Part shown: one piece after another, positions 35,190-47,395 of the stretch
How the letters are laid out: each line of letters starts with the position of its first letter
How positions within the stretch are numbered: the first letter of the stretch is position 1
Assembly (NCBI RefSeq): GCF_964213995.1
Contig: NW_027590629.1
Span: forward strand, 124,001-188,000
Direction of reading: 5' to 3'
Length of the DNA stretch: 64,000 bases
Source: Mustelus asterias
Lineage: Eukaryota
Translations under genes and position numbers: made by a program
The notes under the pieces: generated by a model
The model's input: the letters and a program-made list of their open reading frames with translations, nothing else
Databases searched by the model: none
Told to the model about the DNA's origin: nothing

Positions 35190-37010
35190 AGAGCAGGTAC
35201 AGTGGGTGTTGGTCCTGTGTAGAGTGAGAATTGGGAGTTAATAGAAGATAATAAAATAGCAGATGAAGTGAACAAATATTTTGCTGCTTTATTCACACTG
35301 GAGGATACAAACAACATTCAGTAATAGGTGTAAATCAAGATGTTGAAGGGAGAGAGGAACTTGAAGAAGTTACAATCACTGGGAGGATTGGTACGGAGCA
35401 AACTGCAGGAACTGTGGACTGACAAATCTCCAGCTCCTGATTAACTTCATCCCAGGATCTTAAAGAGGTGGCTAATGAGGTAGTAGATGCGTTGCTGTTA
35501 ATTTCCTAACATTCCCTAGCTTCTGGAAAGGTTCCATCAGGTGAAGGACCAGTAAATTTAACCCACGTATTCAATAAGGGATGGAGGCAGAAAACAGGGA
35601 ACTATAGGCCAGCTAGTTTGACGCCTGTTGTGGTAAGGCGTACAAATCGATCATTAAGAAGATTACAGACGGGTACTTGAAAAACTCAAGGAAATTTGAA
35701 AAAGTCAGTATGGTTTTGCGCAAAGCAAGTTGTGTTTAACTGATTTATTGGCATTCTTTGAAGGAGTAATGTGCTCTGTAGATAAAGCAGAGCCTGCAGA
35801 CACGCTGCACTTGGATTTCCAGAGGCCATTTGCTAAGGTGCCATGTCAATGTTTAGTGGAAAATAAAAGCTCACAGTTTAGGGGGTAACATATTAGTATT
35901 GATAGAAGATTGGCTGGCTGGCAGAAAACACAGAATATTTATGAATGGGTGTTTTTCTGACTGGCAGGATGAGACAAGTGGAGTCCCGCAGGGGTCTGTG
36001 CTGGGGCTTCAACTTGTTGCACCTTATATCAATGAAATAAATGAAGTGAAGGCATCATGGCTAAATTTACAGAAGACACAAAGATTGATAGGAAAGTATG
36101 TTGTGAAGGACACAAGGAGCAGGATTTTCCTGCCGCACTCGCCCCAATGCCGGAAATTCCTGCCAGAGGTCAATAGACCTTTGCATGGTCCATGTCCCGC
36201 CTGCTACCATTACTGTGGCAGGCAGGACGGGAAAACTCCGCCAAAGGAGGTTGCGCATGGGTGAGTGAGTGGGTAAAATCTGGCAGATAGAGTATTATGT
36301 GAGAAAATGCGAAGTTGTTTGCTTTGGCAGGAAGAATAAGAAAGCAGAGTATTATTAAGCAGGAGAATGACTGCAAAATTCAGAGCTGCAGACATGAGTC
36401 ACAAGAAGTTAACATGTAGGTGCAGCAAGTAATTAAGGCTAATGGAATGCTATCCTTTATTACGAAGGGAATTTAACTTCGAAAGGATATTATGCCTCAG
36501 CTATACAGGGCTTTGGTAAGAGCAGATCTCGAATATTGCATGCGGTTTTTGGGCTCCTTATTTCAGAAAGGAAGAAAATGCATTGGAGGTGATTCAGAGG
36601 AAGTTAACTGGACTGATACATGAATGAGCGGGCTGTCTTCTGAGGAAAGGTTGTATAGACTGGGATTGTTTCCACTCGAGTTCAGAAAAGTGAGCAGTGA
36701 CTGAACTGAAGTATTTAAGATGCTGAAGAGTATTCACAACAAGGACATGAAAAGGATTTTTCATCTTGTGGGCAAGTCCAGAACTAGTGGGCACTGTTTT
36801 AAAATTAGGATCTGCCTTTTTAGGTCAAAGATTAAGAGATTCTCTGAGAGCTGATGTGCCCCTCTGGAGCTCTCTGCCTGAGAAGAGGTTGGAGGTGGGG
36901 TCATTAAATATTTTAAATTGGAGGTGGGTACATTCTTGTTCTGCAACCAAACCAAAGGTTATTGAGGATAGATGGGAATGTGGGTTTCAAAACACTAATA
37001 GATCAGTGAG
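35190..37010 (+). mobile_element. Old CR1 ORF2 relic
   Basis: Degenerate DKSPAPD, NYRPASL, IEDWL...GVPQGSVLG (ORF 35899-36264) and C-terminal motifs. Confidence 0.85.
36116..36242. mobile_element. MITE-like element (PIF/Harbinger-like termini) inserted in CR1
   Basis: Imperfect TIRs GCAGGATTTTCC / GGAAAACTCCGC, with a possible 3-bp TSD (CAA). The host CR1 is collinear across it. Confidence 0.55.
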
Positions 37011-37390
37011 TTTATTCTCCCGACCCCGCCACATCTGCCCAACACCAGCCTTCAGCACATTGTTCACTACTCCACCAATCATGGATTACTTCTCTTGTTC
37101 ATTAGCTGCTGATACTCTCACTAGTCGGCCTATCAGCAGCAAATGGGGGAGAGAAACAAGCTCTGAATCTTGAATTGGAACTCAGCTGTTTGACAACAAT
37201 TTGAAAACTGCCTCTGGGGCCGCGTAGAGGATCTTCGCGGGTCACACCCGGACCCCGCGCCGAACCTTGGACAAACCTGCTCCAGATGCTCAATCACTCC
37301 CACTTTCTACTCAGTCCCTGTCCCGTTTCCTCTTTCTGTGTGAGCTGCAGATAGGACAGAAATTATACTTGTATTGTTTTGTGATCCTAC

Positions 37391-37486
37391 CTGTGTCCAT
37401 GCTCATTCTTGTTGAAGGTGTTGGATATTCTCCCTTGTTTGAACCTTCAGCCATGATATTGACAGATGTTCTCTGATTCTGAGACT
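37391..37486 (-). pseudogene. NLR first coding exon (ATG at 37454)
   Basis: Acceptor cattccAG, a short 5' UTR, MAEGSNKGEYPTPSTRMSMDT, then a phase-1 donor G/GTAGGA. Confidence 0.7.
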
Positions 37487-37619
37487 CTGGAATGAGGATA
37501 ATATCAATGTCAGGATCAGATGTAAATATTAAAATCAGAAGCAGAGCATTGAGATCTTTACTGGTGCGTCAGATATATTTCAGAATATTACAATCTCTTG
37601 TTACCACAATATTAGTAGT

Positions 37620-39305
37620 AGTAGACTTCAGTGTTCACCAAGGAGAGGGGCCATGTTTTTGAGGAAGAGAAGGTGTTACAGGCTAATAGGCTGGAGGAAA
37701 TAGATGTTCGGAGGGAGGATATCCTGGTAGTTTTGAACAAACTGAAGGTCGATAAGTCCCCTGGGCCTGATGAAATGTATCCTAGGATTCTTTGGGAGGC
37801 AAGGGATGAGATTGCAGAGCCTTTGGCTTTGATCTTTGGGACCTCGCTGTCCACGGGGATAGTGCCAGAGGACTGGAGAATGGCGAATGTTGTTCCTCTG
37901 TTTAAGAAAGGGAATAGAAATGACCCTGGTAATTATAGACCGGTTAGTCTTACTTCGGTGGTTGGTAAATTGAAGGAAAAGATCCTTCGGGATGGGATTT
38001 ACGGCCATTTAGAAAGATGATGATTAATCCGGGATAGTCAGCACGGATTCGTGAAGGGCAAGTCGTGCCTCACAAATTTGATTGAATTTTTTGAGGAGGT
38101 AACTAAGTGTGTTGATGAAGGTAGGGCAGTTGATGTCAGATACATGGATTTTAGTAAGGCGTTTGATAAGGTCCCCCATGGTCGGCTTATGATGAAAGTG
38201 AGGAGGTGTGGGATAGAGGGAAAGTTGGCCGATTGGATAGGTAACTGGCTGTCTGATCGAAGACAGAGGGTGGTGGTGGATGGAAAATTTTCGGATTGGA
38301 GGCAGTTTGCTAGCGCAGTGCCACAGGGATCAGTGCTTGGTCCTCTGCTCTTTGTGATTTTTATTAATGACTTAGAGGAGGGGGCTGAAGGGTGGATCAG
38401 TAAATTTGCTGATGACACCAAGATTGGTGGAGTAGTGGATGAGTTGGAGGGCTGTTGTAGGCTGCAAAGAGACATAGATAGGATGCAAAGCTGGGCTCAA
38501 AAATGGCAAATGGAGTTTAACCCTGATAAATGTGAGGTGATTCATTTTGGTAGGACTAATTTAAATGTGGATTACAGGGTCAAAGGTAGGGTTCTGAAGA
38601 CTGTGGAGGAACAGAGAGATCTTGGGGTCCATATCCACAGATCTCTAAAGGTTGCCACTCAAGTGGATAGAGCTGTGAAGAAGGCCTATAGTGTGTTAGC
38701 TTTTATTAATGGGGGTTGGAGTTTAAGAGCCGTGGGGTTATGCTGCAACTGTACAGGACCTTGGTGAGACCACATTTGGAATATTGTGTGCAGTTCTGGT
38801 CACCTCACTATAAGAAGGATGTGGAAGCGCTGGAAAGAGTGCAGAGGAGATTTACCAGAATGCTGCCTGATTTGGACGGTAGGTCTTATGAGGAAAGGTT
38901 GAGGGAGCTCGGGCTGTTCTCTCTGGAGCGGAGGAGGCTGAGGGGAGACTTAATAGAGGTTAATAAAATGATGAAGGGGATAGATAGAGTGAACATTCAA
39001 AGACTATTTCCTCGGGTGGATGGAGCTATTACAAGGGGGCATAACTGTAGGGTTCATGGTGGGAGATATAGGAAGGATATGAGAGGTAGGTTCTTTACGC
39101 AGAGAGTAGTTGGGGTGTGGAATGGACTGCCTGCAGTGAGAGTGGAGTCAGACACTTTAGGAACATTGAAGCGGTTATTGGATAGGCACATGGAGCACAC
39201 CAGGATGATAGGGAGTGGGATAACTTGATCTTGGTTTCAGATAAAGCGCGGCACAACATTGTGGACGAAGGGCCTGTTCTGTGCTGCACTGTTCTATGTT
39301 CTATC
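37620..39305 (+). mobile_element. Young 5'-truncated CR1 LINE (one stop, one frameshift)
   Basis: ORFs 37631-38020 (DKSPGPD, NYRPVSLT), 38051-38767 (RT) and 38716-39228, with a TTCTATG tail. Near-identical to 19135-20190 and 60545-61948. Confidence 0.96.
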
Positions 39306-39313
39306 TATATAGA

Positions 39314-39650
39314 CGCGGCACGGTGGCTCAGTGGTGAGCACTGCTGCCTCACAGCACCAGGGACCCGGGTTCACTCCCCGGCTTGGGTCACTGTCTGTGC
39401 AGAGTCTGCACAGTCTGCACTCCAAAGATGTGCAGGATCGGTTTCTTGAGAGCCTGTGAACCGGTACAATTTACGGCTGCATGGGCGGCACAGCAGTTAG
39501 CACTGCTGCCTCACAATGCCAGGGAACCGGGCTCAATTCCGGCCTCGGGTGACTGTGTGGAGTTTGCACATTCTCACTGTGTCTGTGTGGCTTTCCTCCG
39601 GGTGCTCTGGTTTCCTCCCACAGTCCAAAGATGTGCGGGTTAGGTTGCTT
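39314..39650 (+). mobile_element. Two tandem truncated HE1-type V-SINEs (about 39314-39435 and 39483-39650)
   Basis: GCGGCACGGTGGCTCAGTGG and GGGCGGCACAG heads, plus V-domain sequence. Confidence 0.85.
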
Positions 39651-39728
39651 GTGTAACATAATCTGACTGAGAAAATGCCGTCAAATAAAGAAAGACAAAG
39701 TAGTGGAGCAGACAAATCTTATCCTAAC

Positions 39729-39938
39729 CTGCAGATTCTGTGCTTCCATGTAGAGTCTGCTCGTTTTCTCTTTGTAAATTCATTGCTACCAAACGTGATG
39801 TTGTTCCTGGTTTTCTTTCAGCAAATCACACTTCAGTAATTGGAGCTGATCTTTGTAATTTGAGATTTGTATGACATCTCGATGGGCAAAATGGCTTCCT
39901 GTTGTGCTGGAATGACTCTGACTGTCTCCGTCCTCCGA
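39729..39938 (-). pseudogene. Candidate degenerate exon with TRIM-like post-B-box/coiled-coil sequence
   Basis: Bounded by catcttccAG and CAG/GTTAGG, 210 nt. Reads ...SNYKDQLQLLKCDLLKENQEQHHVW*Q*IYKEKTSRLYMEAQNLQ. Confidence 0.4.
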
Positions 39939-40759
39939 CTGGAAGATGCTATTTGGAAAATAGATCATTGAGCCAGTTTAAAAACTCTGAACTATGAATA
40001 AAGTTAGTTACAAACAATTTGTAATTAATTGCTGTCATTGAGTTCAATAGGAGTTCATGCCTCTCGAATGAATCACTGGGTTTCTTCCTGAAACTGTGTC
40101 AAAACCCCATCGAATTTCTCATGTTTGGGCTTTCAAACAAGAGCCAGTGTCAGATGTTTCAATGCAGGATTTGATAACTTAAAAGGTGAACACATTAACC
40201 ATTTAACTGCTGAATGAAAGTGTGGTTGCACAGAGAGAAATTTATTTCCCCAGGCTCACTCATATTATGAAACTGGATCTTATTCACTCCAGCTGCCTGT
40301 CGACCCTGCATCCTGTGCTCACTGACTGACATTGGGAATCAGTTCAGAAATGTCTCGATTTTAAAGTTCTCATTCTCATGTTCAATTTTCTGAATGATCT
40401 CACTCCTTCCGATCTCTTTAACATTCTCCAATGCTGTGACCATTCAAAGTTTCAGCATTCTTTCAATTCTGCATCCCTCATTTCTTTCATCCCTCCATTG
40501 TCAGCCGTGCCTTCATCTGCCTGGGTCTTGAGCTCCAGAATCTATTCCCTTCTATCCCTTAAAAATCTTTATAAAATCTGCCTCTTTTATCAAGCTTTTA
40601 CTCACCTGTCCAGTCAGGACAATAAGACAATAAACTTGCCTGATTTTGCGCCAGTGAAGGACTTTGGAATATTTTATAACGTTAAAGGAGCTATATAAAT
40701 GCAAATTGCTTTTGTTGAAATAAAAGCAAAATACTGTGGATGCTGGAATCTGAAACAAA

Positions 40760-41070
40760 GGGTGGCACGGTGGCTCTGTGGTTAGCACCACTGACTCACA
40801 GTGCCAGGGATCCGGGTTCTATTCCCGGCTTGGGGCACTATGTGGGGACTCTGCACGTTCTACCAGTGTTTCCCTGGGTTTACTCTGTTGCTCTGGTTTC
40901 CTCCCACAGTCCAAAAGACGTGCTGCTTAGGTGCAATGGCTATGCTAAAACTCTCCCTCAATGTCACCCGAACAGGTGGCGGAGTGTGGCGACTAGGGGA
41001 TTTTCACAACAACTTCATTGCAGTGTTAACATAAGCTTACTTGTGACACTCACAAATACACTTAAACTAA
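40760..41070 (+). mobile_element. V-SINE (HE1-like head, different tail) inserted in a Penelope pseudo-LTR-derived repeat
   Basis: GGTGGCACGGTGGCTCTGTGGTTAGCAC head and V domain. The flanks GATGCTGGAATCTGAAACAAA and TGCTGGAAATCTCAGCAGGTCTG are collinear. Confidence 0.8.
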
Positions 41071-41329
41071 AGTGCTGGAAAATCTCAGCAGGTCTGACAG
41101 CATGTGCGGAGAGTGAATAGAATCAATGACCCTCAGTAGAGCTGACCATGGTCCTTGCGAGCATTCCCATCGGTGAAATGGCGCTAGTGGCGACAGGTTC
41201 TGAACTTTTGCACAAGACAAACAGATCGCCGCTCTCTCCTCGATTTGGGAATCGAGCCCTGACCACCATAAATAATTTCTTTAATAACTCAGCTTTCCTT
41301 TGGAAACTTGACTTACGATATTTTATAGT

Positions 41330-42260
41330 ATGTCTGGCTGACTGTGAGAAATGGAATCCCGGTATGAGGCCCAAAAATCATTCTTAGTGGTTGATTATCC
41401 ATTAATTAAGTAAATTTCCTTCCACATCGGCATTGGCCTAATTCTGAAAATGATTCCCGAAGCTTCTTTTTGTGTGTGTGCTTCGTTCATTTCTGCTTTG
41501 TTCAAGGAGTTGATGCAAAAGCTATCGGCTTCTCTTTCCCATCGGGCATTACGTGAGAAACTACTGCCTCCATCCCATACCATGATGCGTTACATGACAA
41601 TTGCAAAGGTAAATTCGGATTCAAGTGTGTCAGGACTTCTGACTTTACTGGTGCCTCTTTAGCTTGTATGAAGGTTTTCTCACACGGACCCACCCATTTC
41701 CATTTCCTGTCACGACACAAAAGGTTGTGCAAAGGTTTAAGAATAGTCGCTAGATTAGTGACAAACCTTTCGTAAATAATACTTGAATAAGACCAAAGGA
41801 GAACTAAGATGATTGATGTTGAGGTGCGGGTGCCTCAGTAATGGCTTTGACTTTTGAAGGCAATTTGTGCAGTCTCTTTGCATCTATGACATGACCCAGA
41901 TAGTCAACAGAAGATTGGAAAAAAATCACATTTATCTTTCCGTACTCTTAATCCGTGATCTTCTAGTCTCTGGAGTGCGGCATCTAGGTTGTGGAGATGT
42001 TCTTCCTCATTCTTTCCAGTGACTTAGACATCACCTGTGAAACACTGGACTCTTTCTCATCTGCTTCGAACTTGATCCATGGAACATTGGAACAACACAG
42101 GTGCAGACGTGATACCAAATGGAAGTCTTGTATATCTGAATAGCCCTTGGTGTGTCACAATAGTCAAATATTGTTGTGAATCTGGATCCACATTCATCTG
42201 GAGATAAGCATGACTAAGATCAATTTGACTAAAGTGTTGCCTTTAGCCAAACCAGTGAAT
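41330..42260 (-). mobile_element. Ty3/Gypsy LTR retrotransposon pol relic (RT and RNase H)
   Basis: Minus strand FSQIDLSHAYLQ...THQGLFRYTRLPFGITSAP (RT) and LQLSCNASWYGMEAVVSHVMPDGKEKPIAFAS (RNase H). Confidence 0.88.
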
Positions 42261-42964
42261 AAATCCATCTTCCCCCATCAGTACAACAGCTGTTAGCTCT
42301 GGGATCGGGCATTTCCCAAGAGTTATCATTAACTCTCTACATCAGATGTGACACAGACAGCTGCCCAGTGAAATCCAGTGAGTCCCACAGATCTCCACAA
42401 CCTGGTTCCAGGTGGGATCATGTTCACTGAGACTCCACACTGGCTAATCCCATTGGTTAAAGATTTACTCCCAATGCAGGGTGAAACCAGACTGATTCCC
42501 GTGGTAGAGAATATTCTCAAGGGAAATGTGGAGTTTGGTGATCAATGGTGAATTAAATGATCCTTCACTTGGTTTCTGACAGCCTGGCAGGTTTGTATTA
42601 TGTTAAAATGTACATATGATCTGTTTGATTTGACGGAGTTTTGATATTAAGCTCTGGTAATTTATGAATTATATCTCTACACTTATACATTCTAAGTGGA
42701 TATGGTTCCTCTGGACAGTCACACTCTCCATGAGATGTGTGCCCTGATTGAAGCTCCAATTTGAATATAGTTACCATATTACTCATTGCGTCAGCACATG
42801 ATCAATGAACACTGTAGGAGGTGAAAATAGTTCCCACTCTTCGACTAATATGAACACTGATGTATAATATTGTAATTAATAAAGGTATCATTAAATCAGG
42901 TCATATGGTTTGAACTGAAGAACAAGAAAGGGATAATCACATTTCTGGGAGTATAACATCTGCC

Positions 42965-45900
42965 CCAGACAGTTCTGCCTATATCGTTGGCACCACGTAG
43001 GTGCCACCGATATAGGCAGAACAGGAACAGAGGTTCTGCAGAGGGAATATGAAAAGCTGGGAGCCAAATTAAAAAGCAGAACCAACAAGGTGGTAATCTC
43101 TGGATTACCACCTGAGCCACAAGCGAATTGGCGTAGGGTCAATAAGATTAAGGAGGTAAATGCGTGGCTCAAAGATTGGTGTGGGAGGAATGGGTTTGAA
43201 TTCATGGGACATTGGCACCAGTATTGGGAAGATGGGACCTGTTCAGATGGGATGGTCTTCATCTGAATCGTGCTGGGACCAGAGTCCTGGCGAATCGTAG
43301 AACCAGGGCTGTAAATAGGGCTTTAAACTAAATAGTGGGGGGTGGGTGGGTTCAGGGGTATGGGGAATTACAAAATCAAAGGTAAGGAGAGGGTACGAGT
43401 GAGGGTTAATGATGAGGACATTCATCTCGTTAAAGGAGTCAAGGGCTCAGGCAGAGTAAAAAAGGTGACAAACACAAGAAGGGAGGTGGTCAACATACTG
43501 CAAGGAGATGGTCTGGGGAAGGATAACCAGTTTGCGACAGGTAGGGACAGAGCGTGCAATCAAAAGAATGCACTAACAAATCGGGTCCATATAAAGGCTA
43601 GCATAAAGACACTTTACCTGAATGCACGTAGCATTCGAAACAAAGTGAATGAGTTGTTGGAACAAATCGGTACAAATGGGTATGATCTAGTGGCCATTCC
43701 AGAAACGTGGTTGCAGGGTGACCAGGACTGGGAACTGAATATCCAAGGGTATCAGACATTTCGGAAGGATAGACAGGAAGGAAAAGGAGGTGGGGTAGCT
43801 CTGTAAATTAAAGATAACATCAGGGCGGAAGTGAGAGACGATATAGGCTTTCAGGAGCAGAATGTGGAATCGTTGTGGGTGGAGATAAGGAATAGTAAGG
43901 GGAGAAAGTCACTGGTGGGTGTGGTCTATAGGCCCCCAAATAATAACTTTGAGGTGGTTCGGGCTATAAACAAGCAAATAATGGATGCGTGCAAAAACGG
44001 AACAGCAATAATCATGGGGGATTTTAACCTGCACATTGATTGGTTGACTCAAGTCGGACGCGGTGGACTTGAGGAAGAGTTCTTAGAATGCTGTCGGGAT
44101 AGTTTCCTCGAACAGTATGTTACAGAACCTACGAGGGAGCGAGCTACCTTGGATCTGGTCCTGTGTAATGAGACAGGTAAAATTAATGATCTTCTTGTGA
44201 GGGATCCTCTTGCAATGAGTGATCACAATATGGTTGAATTTCTAATACAAATGGAGGGTGAGAAAGTAGGGTCCCAAACCAGTGTCCTCTGCTTGAATAG
44301 AAGGGAGTACAATAGGATGAGGGCAGAATTGGCTAATGTAGACTGGGAGCGCAGACTAGTTGGTCGGACAGCTGAGCAACAGTGGCGGATTTTTAAGGAG
44401 ATTTTTCTCAGTACTCAGCAAAAATATATTCCTGTGATAAAAAAGGAATGTAAGAAAAGGGATAACCAGCCATGGATAACTAAGGAAACAAAGGAGAGTA
44501 TTAAATTAAAAACCGATGCACACAGAGTGGCCAAAACTCGTGGGGAATTAGAAGATTGGGAAAGCTTTAAAAAACAACAAAGAACGACTAAGAAAGCGAT
44601 AAATAAAGGAAAGATAGATTGTGAAACTAAACTAGCACAAAATATAAAAACTGATAGTAAAAGTTTTTACAAATATATAAAAAGGAAAAGAGTAGCTAAA
44701 GGAAATGTTGGACCCTTAGAAGACGAGAAGGGGGATTTAATAATGGGAAACGAGGAAATGGCCGAGGCCTTAAACAAGTTTTTTGTGTCGGTCTTCACGG
44801 TAGAGGACACAAATAGCTTACCGAAAATTGATGGTCATGGGACTGTAGGGGGTGAGGTCCTTCAAACGATTACGATTACTAAAGAGGTAGTGCTTGGTAG
44901 GCTAATGGGACTAAAGGTAGACAAGTCCCCGGGCCCGGATGGAATGCATCCCAGGGTACTGAAAGAAATGGCAGAAGTAATAGCAGATGCGTTGGTTGTA
45001 ATTTATCAAAATTCGCTGGATTCTGGGGAAGTGCTGGCTGATTGGAAAACAGCTAATGTGACGCCACTGTTCAAAAAAGGAGGTAGACAAAAGGCGGGTA
45101 ACTACAGGCCGGTTAGCTTAACGTCCGTAGTTGGGAAATTGCTGGAATCCATCATTAAAGAAGAAATAGCAGGACACCTGGAAAAAAATGGTTTGATCAA
45201 GTAGACGCAGCATGGATTCATGAAGGGAAAGTCGTGTTTGACGAATTTACTGGATTTTTATGAAGATGTAACGAGTGCAGTTGACAGAGGGGAACCGGTG
45301 GATGTGGTGTTTTTGGATTTCCAGAAGGCGTTCGATAAGGTGCCTCACAAAAGGTTGCTGCCGAAGATTAGGGTACAGGGAGTTGGGGGTAAAGTGTTAG
45401 CGTGGATTGAGGATTGGCTATCTAACAGGAAGCAGAGAGTTGGAATAAATGGGTGCTTTTCTGGTTGGCAGTTGGTGACTAGTGACGTGCCGCAGGGATC
45501 GGTGCTGGGGGCTCAACTGTTTACCATATACATAGACAATCTGGAGGAGGGGACCGAATGTAGCGTAACAAAGTTTGCGGATGATAGAAAGATGAATGGG
45601 AAAGCGAATTGTGTGGAGGATGCGGAAAGTCTGCAGAGAGATTTGGATAGGCTAAGTGAGTGGGCGAGGATCTGGCAGATGGAGTATAACGTTGACAAGT
45701 GTGAGGTTATCCACTTTGGAAGGAATAATAGTAAAATGGACTATTATTTAAATGGTGAAAAATTACAACATGCCACTGTGCAGAGGGACCTGGGGGTCCT
45801 TGTGCATGAATCGCAAAAACTCAGTTTGAGGGTGCAGCAGGTGATCAAGAAGGCAAATGGAATGTTGGCCTTTATCGCGAAGGGGATGGAGTTCAAAGCA

Positions 45901-46510
45901 GGGAGGGCTTGCTGCAATTGTACAGGGTACTGGTGAGGCCGCAACTGGAGTACTGTGTGCAATTTTGGTCCCCTTATTTGCGGAAGGATGTGTTGGCCTT
46001 GGAGGGAGTACAGAGAAAGTTCACCAGGTTGATACCGGAGATGAGGGGGTTAGCTTATGAGGAGAGATTGAGTAGATTGGGCCTGTACTCGTTGGAGTTT
46101 AGAAGACTGAGGGGAGATCTTATAGAGACATATAAGATAATGAAGGGGCTAGACAGGGTAGAGGCAGAGAGATTCTTTCCACTTCGAAAGGAAACAAAAA
46201 CTAGAGGACACAGCCTCAAAATAAGAGCGAGTCAGTTTAGGAGAGTTGAGGAGGAACTTCTTCTCTCAGAGGGTAGTGAATCTCTGGAATTCTCTGCCCA
46301 TTGAAGCAGTGGAGGCTACCTTGTTAAATATGTTTAAGTGACAGGTTGATAGATTGCTGATCAATAAGGGAATTAAGGGTTATGGGGAGCAGGCGCGTAA
46401 GTGGAACTAAACCATTATCAGATCAACCATGATCTTATTGAATGGCAGGGCAGGCTCGAGGGGCTAGATGGCCTACTCCTGCTCCTATTTCTTATGTTCT
46501 TCTGCTCTTA
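42965..46510 (+). mobile_element. Near full-length CR1 LINE: ORF1 SGNH-esterase end, ORF2 (APE and RT) and 3' UTR; inactivated
   Basis: ORF1 motifs VNAWLKDWC...FMGHW...DGLHLN. APE motifs LYLNARS, ETWL, VVYRPP, MGDFN and SDH. RT motifs PQGSVLG and FADD. Stops at 43804 and 45202, frameshifts near 45900 and 46240, and a TTCTTATG tail. Confidence 0.96.
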
Positions 46511-46729
46511 AAAGAAAGTCAATGAGCAAATATGTAGTGAAATTGCTGAGAAGAATGTATTCAAGAGGTGGCTCAATATTGTAATTGGGGCGAATGGGAT
46601 CAAAGGTTAGAGGGAGAAAGCAGGCTTAGGCTATTGAGTTGGATGATCAGCCATGATCGGAATGAATGGCGGAGCAGGCTTGAAGGGCCAAATTGCCTTC
46701 TCCTGCTCCTATCTTCTACATTTCAATGC

Positions 46730-47395
46730 ATAGAACATAGAACAGTACAGCTCAGGAAAAGGCCCTTCAGCCCATAATGTTGTGTTAAAGATGATGCCTA
46801 ATCCCTTCTGCCTGCCCTTGGTTCAAGCATATCCCTCTCTTCTTTGCATATTCATGTGCTTCTCTAAAAGCCTGTTAAATGCCCCTGTCGAATCTGCCTC
46901 CACCACCACACCTGGCAATTCGTTCCAAACACCTCCCGCTGCCACCAATGGCAGCGCGTTCCAGATACCTGCCTCTCTCTGTGTGAAAAACTTGCCACTC
47001 ACATCTCCTTTGAATATTCCCCCTCTCACGTTGAGTGCATGCCCCCTAGTCGTAGACATTTGAACTCTGGATAGAAAGTTCTGACTGTCAACCCGATCAT
47101 CATTTTATAGGTTTCTATCAGGTCTCTCCTCAGCCTCTGCCCCTGCAGAGAAAAGAACCCCAGTTTGTCCAGCCTCTCCTTATAGCTCATACCCTCCAAT
47201 CTAGGCAGCATTCTGGTAAACCTCTTCTGCAACCTCTACAAAGCCTCCACACCCTTCCTGTAATGTGGCAACCAGAACTGAATGCAAGACTCAAAGTGCA
47301 GCCCAACCAAAGTTTTATAAAGCTGCAACATGACATCCTAACTCTTGAACTCAATGCCCTGACCAATAAAGGCAAGCAAGACATATGCCTTCTGT
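46730..47395 (-). mobile_element. CR1 LINE 3' fragment, tail-to-tail with a + strand CR1 tail at 46560-46730
   Basis: QKRFTRMLPRLEG...LRRDLIETYK (ORF 47026-47232), with a CATAGAACATAGAAC tail. Confidence 0.88.

Larger units (their letters stand above)
11544..37486 (-). pseudogene. NLR (NACHT-LRR, NLRC3/NLRP3-like shark expansion) pseudogene with an N-terminal death-fold/CARD-like domain
   Basis: Six or seven exons are on the same strand in the expected order, with canonical splice sites (listed separately). The NACHT and LRR exons carry frameshifts and stops. Confidence 0.9.

Noticed and set aside
38038-38475. Recurrent ORF MSLCSLQQPS... (also at 19981-20313 and 60732-61118) as a gene family
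   Set aside because: It is the antisense reading of the CR1 RT region and recurs only because the element recurs.
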